Positions 30,078-39,407 of a stretch of DNA of 64,000 nucleotides are shown one piece after another. Numbering within the stretch: the first letter of the stretch is position 1; every line of letters begins with the position of its first letter. Position numbers and translations under genes: made by a program. The stretch is taken from NCBI GenBank assembly GCA_964415365.1, contig CAYPYW010000002.1, positions 26,264 to 90,263 of the forward strand, in the 5' to 3' direction. The notes under the pieces were generated by a model that saw only the letters and a program-made list of their open reading frames with translations, had not been told where the DNA came from and ran no database searches. The stretch comes from an uncultured Actinomycetota bacterium. Lineage in GTDB: Bacteria; Actinomycetota; Humimicrobiia; Humimicrobiales; Humimicrobiaceae.

Positions 30078-31700
30078 ATGTATTTCAAATTAGTTGTTCA
30101 GGTTTTAGGCGGTTTAGCCTTATTTATCTTTGGCATGACCACCTTAACTAACAGCCTCCAAAAAGTCACTTCAAACGGCCTGAAGTTAATGATCAGTATA
30201 CTCCAAAAAAGGCCATGGGCCTCCGTACTGGTTGGGCTTGTAACAACAATGATAATTCAGAGCAGCAGTGCTACCTCAGTGATGACTATCGGATTTGTCA
30301 ATGCAGGCTTGATGGCTTTAAAAGCATCCATAGGAATTATAATGGGTGCAAATATCGGTACCACCATCACTGCCCAGATAATTTCCTTCAATATTACCGA
30401 TGTGCTTTCTTATCCTTTGATAATCATTGGCTTTCTTTTATTTTTCATCAGTAAAAGACGGAGATACAAAAATATCGGAATGGCACTACTCGGCTTAGGT
30501 TTATTATTTCTGGGAATGAATGTAATGAAACTATCACTTGAGCCATTAAAAAGTAACATAGCCTTTAAAAACTTTCTTTTAACCTTTGGTAAAAACCCGT
30601 TCCTTGGCTTGCTTGCAGGAGTAATTATAACATCGACATTGCAAAGCAGCTCTGCAACAATTGGCTTGCTTATCGCACTCGCAACACAGGGTTTATTACC
30701 AATAAGCGCTGCTGTACCAATTCTGTTCGGTGACAATATTGGAACCTGCACAACTGCTCTGATTGCAAGCACCGGAACTACTGTCACAGCCCGTAGAACC
30801 GCATTTGCCCACTTACTATTTAATATACTCGGAACAGGGCTGTTTCTTATATTACTATATGGATTCAGACTTGGTCCATTACTTTTACCCCATATTGGGA
30901 GTACAGTTCCTCACCAGATAGCCAATATGCATACAATATTTAATATCACCACAACAGTAATTTTATTCCCTATGATCGGTTTATTTGAAAAACTGGTTGT
31001 TAAATTATATCCGGGAAAGGATGTAATAGTTCAAAAAAATGCATTATATCTGGATAGCAGATTGATTAATACTCCATCTGTCTCATTGGAGCAGGTCAAA
31101 AAAGAGTTGCTCCGGGTAACCAAAATAGCCCAGAATATGTTAAATCTTTCATATGACAGACTAAATAAAAAAGATGCTGCTATTGAAAAGAAGGTACTCG
31201 ATAGAGAATACGCCGTTGACAGCATTACAGAAGACATAATAAGATATCTTACCAAAATATCTCAAAAATCTCTGGGTCCAAGACTCTCCAATAAACTCAC
31301 TAACCTACTGCATGTAGCTTATGACGCAGAAAGAGCTGCCGACCATACCGAAAGCATACTCTATCTAATGCTGGTAAAGGAAGAGAATAATATGAGTTTT
31401 AGCAAAATTGCTCTCCAGGATCTGGAATTAGCAGCCAATAAAGTCAATCGTCTATTCAACTCCCTGATATCAGGTATGGAAAAAAACAATTTAAACCAGC
31501 TCAAAAAATGTGAAAAAATTGAACTCGAAATAGATCTACTGGTAAAAAGAATCCGAACCTCCCATCTGAAAAGGCTTCAGAATGGTGACTGTATGCCACT
31601 TTCAGGAGTGGTTTTTGCAGATATCATTCTCCATCTTGAAAGAATAGGAGATCTTCTTTACGGAATATCAAGAAATCTCTTAAATATTGAGGAATACTAA
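30078..31700 (+). CDS. Na+/phosphate cotransporter (NptA family) with C-terminal PhoU-like domain
   Basis: GLALFIFGMT and duplicated SSSAT repeats of the Na/Pi-cotransporter II family; soluble PhoU-like C-terminus. Confidence 0.8.
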   Translation: MYFKLVVQVLGGLALFIFGMTTLTNSLQKVTSNGLKLMISILQKRPWASVLVGLVTTMIIQSSSATSVMTIGFVNAGLMALKASIGIIMGANIGTTITAQIISFNITDVLSYPLIIIGFLLFFISKRRRYKNIGMALLGLGLLFLGMNVMKLSLEPLKSNIAFKNFLLTFGKNPFLGLLAGVIITSTLQSSSATIGLLIALATQGLLPISAAVPILFGDNIGTCTTALIASTGTTVTARRTAFAHLLFNILGTGLFLILLYGFRLGPLLLPHIGSTVPHQIANMHTIFNITTTVILFPMIGLFEKLVVKLYPGKDVIVQKNALYLDSRLINTPSVSLEQVKKELLRVTKIAQNMLNLSYDRLNKKDAAIEKKVLDREYAVDSITEDIIRYLTKISQKSLGPRLSNKLTNLLHVAYDAERAADHTESILYLMLVKEENNMSFSKIALQDLELAANKVNRLFNSLISGMEKNNLNQLKKCEKIELEIDLLVKRIRTSHLKRLQNGDCMPLSGVVFADIILHLERIGDLLYGISRNLLNIEEY

Positions 31701-31731
31701 TCAAGCTAATTGATTATAATAAAAAAGTGTT

Positions 31732-32625
31732 CTAGAAACATTCGCTATCTCTCAATCTACAGAATTCACTCTCATACTCAACCTCTATAGTGGAATGCTG
31801 CAGGTTTAAAGTCTCTGCAATTTCTTTAACTTTCCCTTTTATATTAATTATTTCATCTGAAGTTGTGTTATCTTTTACAACAATATGAGTTGTCAGTACA
31901 TTATTTAAACTGTCTATAGACCATATATGAGTATGATGAATATTAACAACCTTATCTATTTCCCAAAGTTTATTTTCAATCTCTTTGATACTCACTCCCA
32001 TCGGAACAGCCTGTAGAAATACAGAAAATGTCCTTTTTAAATTGACTACAACATTATATAGAATATAAATTGTAATTAATATTGACAGTATAGGATCCAA
32101 TACAGGGATATTTTTAAAAATCATTATAATGCTTATTATAAGAACAGCCGTCCAGCTAAGAATATCATCCAGAAGATGTAATGTTATAATTCTCTCGTTT
32201 AAGGATTTTCCCCTTCTGACACACAGTGCAGCAATTCCATTTACCACAACACCCCCTATTGCGAAAAATAGCATCCCTTTCGCATTGGGCTGTTCGGGAT
32301 TGAATATGCGAGGTATTGCCTGAGATAATACGTAAACTGAACCAAGGATCAATACCAGACCATTTATCAAAGCTGCGAGTAATGAATATCTCCTATATCC
32401 GTATGAATACTTCTCATCCTTCTTCCTCTTCGAATATTTCTCCAGTGCCCAGGACAACCCGAGCGAGAAACTGTCCCCCAGGTCATGCAGTGCATCAGAT
32501 ATAATAGCAAGACTATTTGTCCACAGCCCTCCTATTATTTCAACAATAGTAAACCCAAGATTTAAAAAGAATGCTATCCTTATATTTAAAGTACTATCCT
32601 GTTTACTATTGTAGTGTCTGTTCAT
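31732..32625 (-). CDS. Cation diffusion facilitator (CzcD-like) metal efflux transporter
   Basis: HDLGDSFSLGLSW and C-terminal ...HIW...H... CDF motifs. Confidence 0.85.
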   Translation of the reverse strand: MNRHYNSKQDSTLNIRIAFFLNLGFTIVEIIGGLWTNSLAIISDALHDLGDSFSLGLSWALEKYSKRKKDEKYSYGYRRYSLLAALINGLVLILGSVYVLSQAIPRIFNPEQPNAKGMLFFAIGGVVVNGIAALCVRRGKSLNERIITLHLLDDILSWTAVLIISIIMIFKNIPVLDPILSILITIYILYNVVVNLKRTFSVFLQAVPMGVSIKEIENKLWEIDKVVNIHHTHIWSIDSLNNVLTTHIVVKDNTTSDEIINIKGKVKEIAETLNLQHSTIEVEYESEFCRLRDSECF

Positions 32626-32693
32626 CGTATCCTTTGACTTATTTATTTAGATTAATGATTTGAGCAATTATCTCTTAGAGGTATCTTTTTATC

Positions 32694-33881
32694 CTACTTA
32701 ATTTTCTCAGCCAAGTTTATCAAAGCCTCTTTTAAAGCTTTTTTGCTTCTTTCAGATAAGTCCTTTGAAGCAGATTTACTTTTCCGGGATAAATCTTTTA
32801 TAGCATCTCTCAAGGTTCTTTTACTCCTATCAGATAGATCTTTAGTCATAATTATACTTCTTTCAGATAAGTCCTTTGCGACAATTTTACTCCTCCCGGA
32901 TAAATTATCAAAAATATCCTTACTTTTTTCGGATATGTCATCAAAAATATCCTTACTTTTTTCGGATAAATTCTTAAGAGCATCTTTTAGCTCACTGATA
33001 AAAATGTCTTTATTATTAATCACGGCAGGGCAAGAAGATATTCCCCAGATCCCGGGACCGGTATGGGCACTCATAACTGTAGTCACCTCAGACAGGATTA
33101 TCTCATCAATCTTAATTTTACTATCCTCTCTTATCATTTTCTCAAGTTCAAAAGCTGGCTCAATATCGGAACCATAGAAGATACCAATTTTCCTCTTCCC
33201 GGTATAAAAAGGGTCTTTCCTAATCTGATTGTAAAGTTCAACTATGGAATTCCTTTTATTTTTCACAAATTTCTTTAGCTTTACCTTACCATCACCACCT
33301 ATAGTAAGAATTGGTTTAAGTTTTATTGATCTAGATAAAAACTTCTTTAAAAAAGGTGTTCTGCCTCCTCTAAATATATATTCAAAATTTTCGATAGTAG
33401 CAAACAGCCTGTTCTTTCTTATCATAAAATCTATAATGCTATCTATTCTTTCTTTACTTTCACCTCTTTCAACTGCCCTTGCAACTTCTAAAACAATAAA
33501 ACCCATACTGATGGCAGCAGTTTTTGAATCAATAACTTTTATTTCGGCTTGAGGAAAAAATCTCTTAGCTTGATTAGCTGAATTCGAAGTGGAAGATAGT
33601 TTTGAACTAATATGAATAGAGTAAATTAAAGTCTTTTTCTCATTTTCCACTAAATCCCTGTAAACTTTCACAAAATCACCAACAGAGGGTGTAGAAGTAT
33701 GAACTTTTACCCCGCTCTCAAGTTTTTTATACACCTCATCGCTGGTTATCTCTTTTCCCTCAAGATATAATTCCCCCTCAAATCCAACATATAGAGGGAC
33801 TATTTTTATTTTATATTTATTTGCTAACTGCACAGGAATATCGGATGTAGTATCCGTCACTATCGCAATATCTTTCATCAA
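32694..33881 (-). CDS. DegV-family fatty-acid-binding protein with a C-terminal tandem-repeat tail
   Basis: IAIVTDTTSDIP DegV N-terminus. The C-terminal 90 aa are KDLSERSK-type 11-12-aa repeats. Confidence 0.8.
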   Translation of the reverse strand: MMKDIAIVTDTTSDIPVQLANKYKIKIVPLYVGFEGELYLEGKEITSDEVYKKLESGVKVHTSTPSVGDFVKVYRDLVENEKKTLIYSIHISSKLSSTSNSANQAKRFFPQAEIKVIDSKTAAISMGFIVLEVARAVERGESKERIDSIIDFMIRKNRLFATIENFEYIFRGGRTPFLKKFLSRSIKLKPILTIGGDGKVKLKKFVKNKRNSIVELYNQIRKDPFYTGKRKIGIFYGSDIEPAFELEKMIREDSKIKIDEIILSEVTTVMSAHTGPGIWGISSCPAVINNKDIFISELKDALKNLSEKSKDIFDDISEKSKDIFDNLSGRSKIVAKDLSERSIIMTKDLSDRSKRTLRDAIKDLSRKSKSASKDLSERSKKALKEALINLAEKIK

Positions 33882-34094
33882 CTTATCCTCACTCCTTTTG
33901 AGTCTAATTCCATTTTACAATATTTTATATAAAAAAATAGTATCCGTCTAAGTCTGAATTAATTTATTTACTTTACTTTTTAGTAAAGATGGTAGCATTA
34001 AAGAATTTTTTATTATATCATATGTGACAATTAGTATAAGGCAGTCAAAAAACTAATAATCATTAAAATAAACCAAAGTGGTTGGAGGTTTATA

Positions 34095-35135
34095 ATGAAT
34101 TACAGAAGAAACAAATTCTATTTAACCTTAACTATACTTGCTATAATCATAATTTTCATGATTGTAATTCCTCTTTCGGGGTGGGTAAAACAACCAGACA
34201 CTTATCAAACAGTATCTGACTTACCTTCACCAGCAGCAACAGGTTCAAGACCAGTCGCAATTATGGTTGAAAATAGTTTTGCAGCCAGACCCCAATCCGG
34301 ACTTAACCTTGCAGATGTGGTATTTGAAATTGTTGATGAATACGGAATTACCAGATTTACTGCGATTTATAACTCAAACGATGCTCCACAAGTAGGCCCG
34401 GTAAGAAGTACGAGACCTTATTATGCAGAAATTGCGAGGGGCTTCGACCCCATCTATGCTTTTTTTGGTACTTACCCCGAATGCTATGGAGTGATAGAAG
34501 ACATGGGGATGTATGTTCTAAGTGCAATGACAGATAGATCAGGTAACAGTTCAATTACCGGTCAGGCACCTTACTGGAGAGACTGGAGCAGGAGTTCCAT
34601 TCAGGAACATACAGCTTTCATGTCAGTGGCAAAGTTAAAGGAAAAAGCCTTACAGCTTGGTTATCCTCTCGGAGGTAATGGTATTCCATTCTCATATAAA
34701 ACTGATGCACCAGAATCTTCCAGGGGAAATATCACAAACATTTATGTTGATTTTTCCACTCATGCATATGCTCCCAGTGGTTTTAGTTTAAACTATGTTT
34801 ACAATAAAAGCGGTAATTATTACTTAAGGAATATGGGTGGCAAGGCCCACCTGGATTACAACACCGGCCAACAAATCACCGCAAAAAATGTAGTGGTAAT
34901 AGTTACAGATATTCTGGGACCCCTGGATAAGTACGGGCATATGGATGTAAGAACCACAGGAAATGGCTTTGTATATGTCTTCCAGGATGGTAACGTAATC
35001 CAGGGAAGCTGGCAGCGTGGAAGCATATATGAACCTTACGTATTCAAGGACAGCAGCGGCAGAGTAATTTCACTCAATGGTGGTGCAACCTGGATAGCAG
35101 TGGTTCAGAGTGCGGAAAAGGTTGGATATAATTAG
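34095..35135 (+). CDS. DUF3048-domain membrane-anchored protein (YerB-like)
   Basis: N-terminal TM segment followed by ...VMVENS...RPQSGL...VGPVRSTRPYY pattern. Confidence 0.6.
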   Translation: MNYRRNKFYLTLTILAIIIIFMIVIPLSGWVKQPDTYQTVSDLPSPAATGSRPVAIMVENSFAARPQSGLNLADVVFEIVDEYGITRFTAIYNSNDAPQVGPVRSTRPYYAEIARGFDPIYAFFGTYPECYGVIEDMGMYVLSAMTDRSGNSSITGQAPYWRDWSRSSIQEHTAFMSVAKLKEKALQLGYPLGGNGIPFSYKTDAPESSRGNITNIYVDFSTHAYAPSGFSLNYVYNKSGNYYLRNMGGKAHLDYNTGQQITAKNVVVIVTDILGPLDKYGHMDVRTTGNGFVYVFQDGNVIQGSWQRGSIYEPYVFKDSSGRVISLNGGATWIAVVQSAEKVGYN

Positions 35136-35139
35136 GTAA

Positions 35140-36092
35140 TTATCCCTTGACATCAAGTATAAATAATGCTATCATAAAAATCCATACTTGTCAATAGGGG
35201 ATAAAAATGAAAAAAGAAAAATTTACAATTAAAGACTTTAACAAGATGTATCCAGATGACAATTCTTGTCTTAATGAGATATTTAAAAACCGTTATGGAG
35301 ATTTAAAAGTCTGTCCTGGGTGTAAGAAGAAAACCAATTTCTATAAAGTAAAAGGACGTAAAGCTTATGCTTGCCAGTACTGCGGTTACCAGATTAGCCC
35401 TTTAGCAGATACTATATTCCATAAATCCTCAACGAGTTTGAGAAACTGGTTTTATTCCCTGTATCTATTTTCTGTATCTAAAAATGGAGTATCTGCTAAG
35501 GAACTTGAAAGACAGCTTGGAGTTACCTATAAATGTGCTTGGAGAATTGCAAAACAAATTAGATTGCTATTTAAACAGAATAAGAAACTCTTATCTGATA
35601 TAGTGGAAATTGACGAAACATATATCGGTGGCAAACATAGAGGTAAAAGAGGCAGGGGTTCAGAAAATAAAACTTCTGTTGTGGGACTTGCTCAAAGGAA
35701 GGGAACTATAAAAGCTAAAGTTACCGATAATACAAAATCATCTACAATTAAAGCTATCATAAAGGATAATGTTGAAATTGGAATTAATCTAGTTACAGAT
35801 GAATATAGAAGTTATAACGGATTAGGCAAATTAGGATTTAAGCATTTTACAATCAATCATGGAGATGAAGAATGGGTTAGTGGTATTGCTCACGTAAATA
35901 CTATTGAGGGCTTCTGGTCACAACTAAAGAGGTCAATTAATGGGACTTACCATTGCGTTTCCCCGAAGTATCTGCAACATTACGTTGACGAGTTTGTTTA
36001 CCGCTATAATTATAGGCTTTCTTCTTTCCCGATTTTTTTAGATCTTGTTTTATCGGCTGGGAAGCAAGTTTAATTATGTGCTTAAAATCATC
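35140..36092 (+). mobile_element. Compact IS1595-family insertion sequence; ends approximate
   Basis: A single transposase ORF fills the gap between flanking genes, 71 bp to the left and 20 bp to the right. Inverted repeats were not confidently resolved. Confidence 0.4.
35207..36073 (+). CDS. IS1595-family (ISXO2-like) transposase
   Basis: N-terminal zinc ribbon CPGCKKK...CQYCGY, then YKCAWRIAKQIR and DETYIGG DDE-region motifs. Confidence 0.8.
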   Translation: MKKEKFTIKDFNKMYPDDNSCLNEIFKNRYGDLKVCPGCKKKTNFYKVKGRKAYACQYCGYQISPLADTIFHKSSTSLRNWFYSLYLFSVSKNGVSAKELERQLGVTYKCAWRIAKQIRLLFKQNKKLLSDIVEIDETYIGGKHRGKRGRGSENKTSVVGLAQRKGTIKAKVTDNTKSSTIKAIIKDNVEIGINLVTDEYRSYNGLGKLGFKHFTINHGDEEWVSGIAHVNTIEGFWSQLKRSINGTYHCVSPKYLQHYVDEFVYRYNYRLSSFPIFLDLVLSAGKQV

Positions 36093-36093
36093 T

Positions 36094-36885
36094 TTATTTA
36101 TTTTTTTCTTTTCCATTTACAAATTTTATATTAATATTTGTATCTTTAAAGTTTTCTAAATAATTTTTTAATTCAGCTTCACTTTTAAATCCATCTTTGG
36201 TTAATATAGATAATTGCGTTTTCCCGCCACATTTATTATCAATACTTTTTACTTCCTCGATAGCAAATAGTAGCGGATTAACTATATCTTTTATGCAGGG
36301 TGAATCGTCATTAAAATTCCAAGCCCTCGATAATATATATTCCGCTAATAATTTACCCGTTCCAATAGATTTATGAGTTATTATGGGTACTACTGTTCCA
36401 TTGGAGGAAACATAAAATAAGCCTAATCTTTCATCACTTTTTGAATGAGCTCCTATTATACAAGAAAAATTCATTTTTTCACAAAGCATTAATATATCAA
36501 ATGGATTAATTTTTATATCAAGTTCCTTCAATCTTTTAACTAAATATCTTTCCCCTATTTTATTTGTTGAACTTTCACACAATAATTTAAATTTTTCTAG
36601 CTCCCATGTTTTTAAATATTCTTTTTTGATTTCTTCCAACGCAAATAGAAAATATGCTGGTTCTCCAGCACCAGCAAAACTAAAAATTATATCTTTACTA
36701 TTAATATCAGAATTTTCAAATATCTTGGGTACATTTAATATTTTTGTTCCATTATCTTTTGAAGTAGCCTTACTATCTGACGCAATAATTAATCCATCTT
36801 TACAATAAACTGCTGAAATTATTGTCATTGGATTACTTTCAGTTAGATAATAATCACTTTCATATCTTACATTTTTATTATACAT
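36094..36885 (-). CDS. Proteasome beta-subunit-type Ntn-hydrolase homologue (Anbu/BPH-like) with a 20-aa propeptide
   Basis: After the propeptide, TIISAVYCKDGLIIASDSKATS...K places Thr1, Asp17 and Lys33/34; FAGAGEPAYF and IGTGKLLAEY match the G-x-x-G and GSG segments of the fold. Confidence 0.5.
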   Translation of the reverse strand: MYNKNVRYESDYYLTESNPMTIISAVYCKDGLIIASDSKATSKDNGTKILNVPKIFENSDINSKDIIFSFAGAGEPAYFLFALEEIKKEYLKTWELEKFKLLCESSTNKIGERYLVKRLKELDIKINPFDILMLCEKMNFSCIIGAHSKSDERLGLFYVSSNGTVVPIITHKSIGTGKLLAEYILSRAWNFNDDSPCIKDIVNPLLFAIEEVKSIDNKCGGKTQLSILTKDGFKSEAELKNYLENFKDTNINIKFVNGKEKNK

Positions 36886-36963
36886 ATCTCAACCTCTGAT
36901 TATTAATCCTTATATATTTTGTTATAATATTTATTAATCATAAAAGGATGAAAGGAATTTAAA

Positions 36964-37125
36964 ATGGCAAATTATAGCACGACAAAAGCATTACTTTTAA
37001 GAGGTTATTCTGGTTTGGGTTCATCAACACCCGGAGCTCTTGATGAAATTATAGAAACTATAATTCAACAAGCCTCAGCAATAAAAGAACTGAATGAAAG
37101 GGTTATGAACCTTGAGAGAAAATAA
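36964..37125 (+). CDS. Candidate small protein, 53 aa
   Basis: ATG has AAGGA upstream; a plus-strand terminator hairpin follows about 125 nt downstream. No homology recognised. Confidence 0.25.
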   Translation: MANYSTTKALLLRGYSGLGSSTPGALDEIIETIIQQASAIKELNERVMNLERK

Positions 37126-37250
37126 TTCATCCCCTTCTCTTCATCTGTAAATGCCTAAGTCTAGTCATGGTAATCCTATCAATTTCATCATATAGAAATA
37201 ATGCCAGTTTTCTTTTAATAAAATTTTTGATTATAATAAATGGATTACAT

Positions 37251-37282
37251 GAGGTGTTGCTCATTTATAACACCTCGCTTTT
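37251..37282 (+). terminator. Rho-independent-type terminator hairpin on the plus strand
   Basis: Perfect 8-bp stem GAGGTGTT/AACACCTC with a 10-nt loop, followed by GCTTTTGG. Confidence 0.4.
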
Positions 37283-37340
37283 GGGGAAGTGCCCCCGATG
37301 ATGTACTTGACGTGGAGGTATAATCGCCTATAATTAACTT

Positions 37341-37751
37341 CTAAAGGAGTCTTTTTTCTCCTTCAATCTTCTTTACATCAGTTATATCCTGGCTGACTTC
37401 CAGGCAACCGACATATTCATTCATACTATCATAAACAGGAAAGTATCTTATATATATAAGCCGGTTATTTAAATTAATCCAGAACTCAGCCACTTTCCTT
37501 TTTTTAGCTTTGAAATCATCAAGTACCTGCTGTACTTTATCCAGACTCTTTTTAGGATGACAATTTTGCACCTTTAAGCCAATTATGGATGGAGACCTCT
37601 TGAATATTCTGGTGTTCAGCTTATTAAAATATCTAACCTCATCATCCTTACCAATAAAAGTCACATCAATAGGCAAGGTATCGAATATAAGTTCAATTTC
37701 CTTCGCACTCACATTTCCGGTTTCAAATTTTAAAGTCTCATTCCCGGGCAT
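37341..37751 (-). CDS. PAS-fold domain protein
   Basis: ELIFDTLPIDVTFIGKDDEVRYFN... resembles the PAS-like sensory domain seen in DUF438-type proteins. Confidence 0.45.
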   Translation of the reverse strand: MPGNETLKFETGNVSAKEIELIFDTLPIDVTFIGKDDEVRYFNKLNTRIFKRSPSIIGLKVQNCHPKKSLDKVQQVLDDFKAKKRKVAEFWINLNNRLIYIRYFPVYDSMNEYVGCLEVSQDITDVKKIEGEKRLL

Positions 37752-37785
37752 AGTAAACTCCTTACAAAATAATTTCCCGTAAACT

Positions 37786-38166
37786 TTACTCAGTATCCTT
37801 TGCTTCTAAATTAATGCGCCACATTGCCTGTGCTTTCCTCCAGTGAAATGCAAACAATGGAATCGCTATAATGACAAGAAGCACTCCCCTTAGCAAGTCT
37901 TTAAACGCTATATCTTTTTCACTCTGAATGGAAGCATTTAACTCCTCCTCAGCTAACTGATCTATTTCCTCTCTGGATAAGTTTTGATACTGTTCTGCCG
38001 AATACATACTTATTATGCTGGATTTTGTCATATATGTTGTAGGTCTTACATACTCTGCAGCACCGCCGTAAACCATAACCAACCCCACTATAAAAATTAC
38101 AATAGCAATAATGCAGACAATATATAAGTAAATTTCCCTAAAATAAACTCTCCTTGCCATTTTCAA
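37786..38166 (-). CDS. Hypothetical membrane protein (2 TM)
   Basis: Two hydrophobic helices bracketing an acidic soluble loop; no motif recognised. Confidence 0.4.
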   Translation of the reverse strand: MKMARRVYFREIYLYIVCIIAIVIFIVGLVMVYGGAAEYVRPTTYMTKSSIISMYSAEQYQNLSREEIDQLAEEELNASIQSEKDIAFKDLLRGVLLVIIAIPLFAFHWRKAQAMWRINLEAKDTE

Positions 38167-38349
38167 CCTCCTTGATTATAAAAACTTATTATAAATTATA
38201 GCTTTAAATTTGATAGATTCCAATTTAAAGATGATTTTGATGATTTAAAATAAAAAGCTTAATAAAATTTTTACCCACGTATTTCTTTAAAATAACTTAA
38301 AATAGTCTTTTTGACTTAAACTTCAGTGCTCTGGTAAAATTAAAGACAT

Positions 38350-38427
38350 GGGCGGTTAGCTCAGACTGGTTAGAGCGCTGCGTTGACATCGCAGAGGTCA
38401 TTGGTTCAAATCCAATACCACCCACCA
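38350..38427 (+). tRNA. tRNA-Val (anticodon GAC), CCA encoded
   Basis: Cloverleaf: acceptor GGGCGGT/ACCACCC with one mismatch, D-arm GCTC..GAGC, anticodon stem CTGCG/CGCAG, loop TTGACAT, T-arm ATTGG-TTCAAAT-CCAAT, 3' CCA. Confidence 0.85.
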
Positions 38428-38470
38428 TACTTCACTCCTGACAACAATAATATATTAAAGAATGTTTCAT

Positions 38471-39220
38471 TTAAATGCCCTTGCTAAAAGTGAATTTAAT
38501 AACGCCTCTTTTACAGTTATCCACGCATGTCCCGCACAGTATGCACTCGGAATTTTCCATTCTGTCACTCTTCACCATATCATTGACGTCAAGACTCATA
38601 GGGCAATTCTTTGTACAGGTCATGCAATCAGTACATTTTTCCTTATTTGTCTTAAGTCTCAGTGAGGGCCACTTAAATAGATTTCTAAATTTTCTTCCTC
38701 CAATCATAAAAGGAGACATCCAGCATACATAATGACATACAGCACGCTTCCCCACAGCAAATGAAAGAATTATTACGGTAATGACTACAATGAGATACAT
38801 AAATAGTCCATATACATCAGATATGGAGAATCCATAAGTGGTCTGATAGAAGAAGTCAACTTTTCTAAACCCTCCTGCTGTTACTGCCATATATGTTATT
38901 ATTGCAATCCACGGTATCCATATGATATATCTTATCCAGTTATATTTGTTATTTACCGGTTTGTTTCTTGCTACAAAACTCGCTTCCTGTATTCCCGCAA
39001 GAGGGCAGAACCAGGCACAGAAACCCCTGCCGAGAAATAGTGCGGATAAAAAAAGTACAGCAAAAACAATAAAACTGCCCGTTATTACTCCTTCTGAAGC
39101 ACCCATGATGATAAGATAAGGCGAGAAGTAATAGAAGATTGCCGGCAGCAGTAAAAAAGTAACAAGAATTATCCCTTTTCTTATGTTTTGTCTTTTACTC
39201 ATTTTTTCCCTCTTCCACAA
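38471..39220 (-). CDS. Membrane-bound polyferredoxin (NapH/MauN-like 4Fe-4S binding protein)
   Basis: CAWFCPLAGIQE, then C-terminal CTDCMTCTKNCP and CILCGTCVDNC ferredoxin motifs, with TM helices. Confidence 0.7.
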   Translation of the reverse strand: MWKREKMSKRQNIRKGIILVTFLLLPAIFYYFSPYLIIMGASEGVITGSFIVFAVLFLSALFLGRGFCAWFCPLAGIQEASFVARNKPVNNKYNWIRYIIWIPWIAIITYMAVTAGGFRKVDFFYQTTYGFSISDVYGLFMYLIVVITVIILSFAVGKRAVCHYVCWMSPFMIGGRKFRNLFKWPSLRLKTNKEKCTDCMTCTKNCPMSLDVNDMVKSDRMENSECILCGTCVDNCKRGVIKFTFSKGI

Positions 39221-39407
39221 TTTTTTTTATTTGCTTATTTGATTTTAGACCCAACCTGAGACCCTCCCAGGGAAGTTCAAGATTATAACAGTTAGAATTT
39301 TAAAACAAATTGAAAAAAAATCTATTATTTTATAAGTTGCAATAATTAAAGTTAAAGATGTAAAATCAATAGTATATTCTTAAGTTCATAAGTAGACTAA
39401 AGGGAAT

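Noticed and set aside
36074-36093. Attempt to define IS1595 terminal inverted repeats
   Set aside because: Only short palindromic TAATTA motifs sit near both ends. These are insufficient to call inverted repeats, so the element limits are left approximate.
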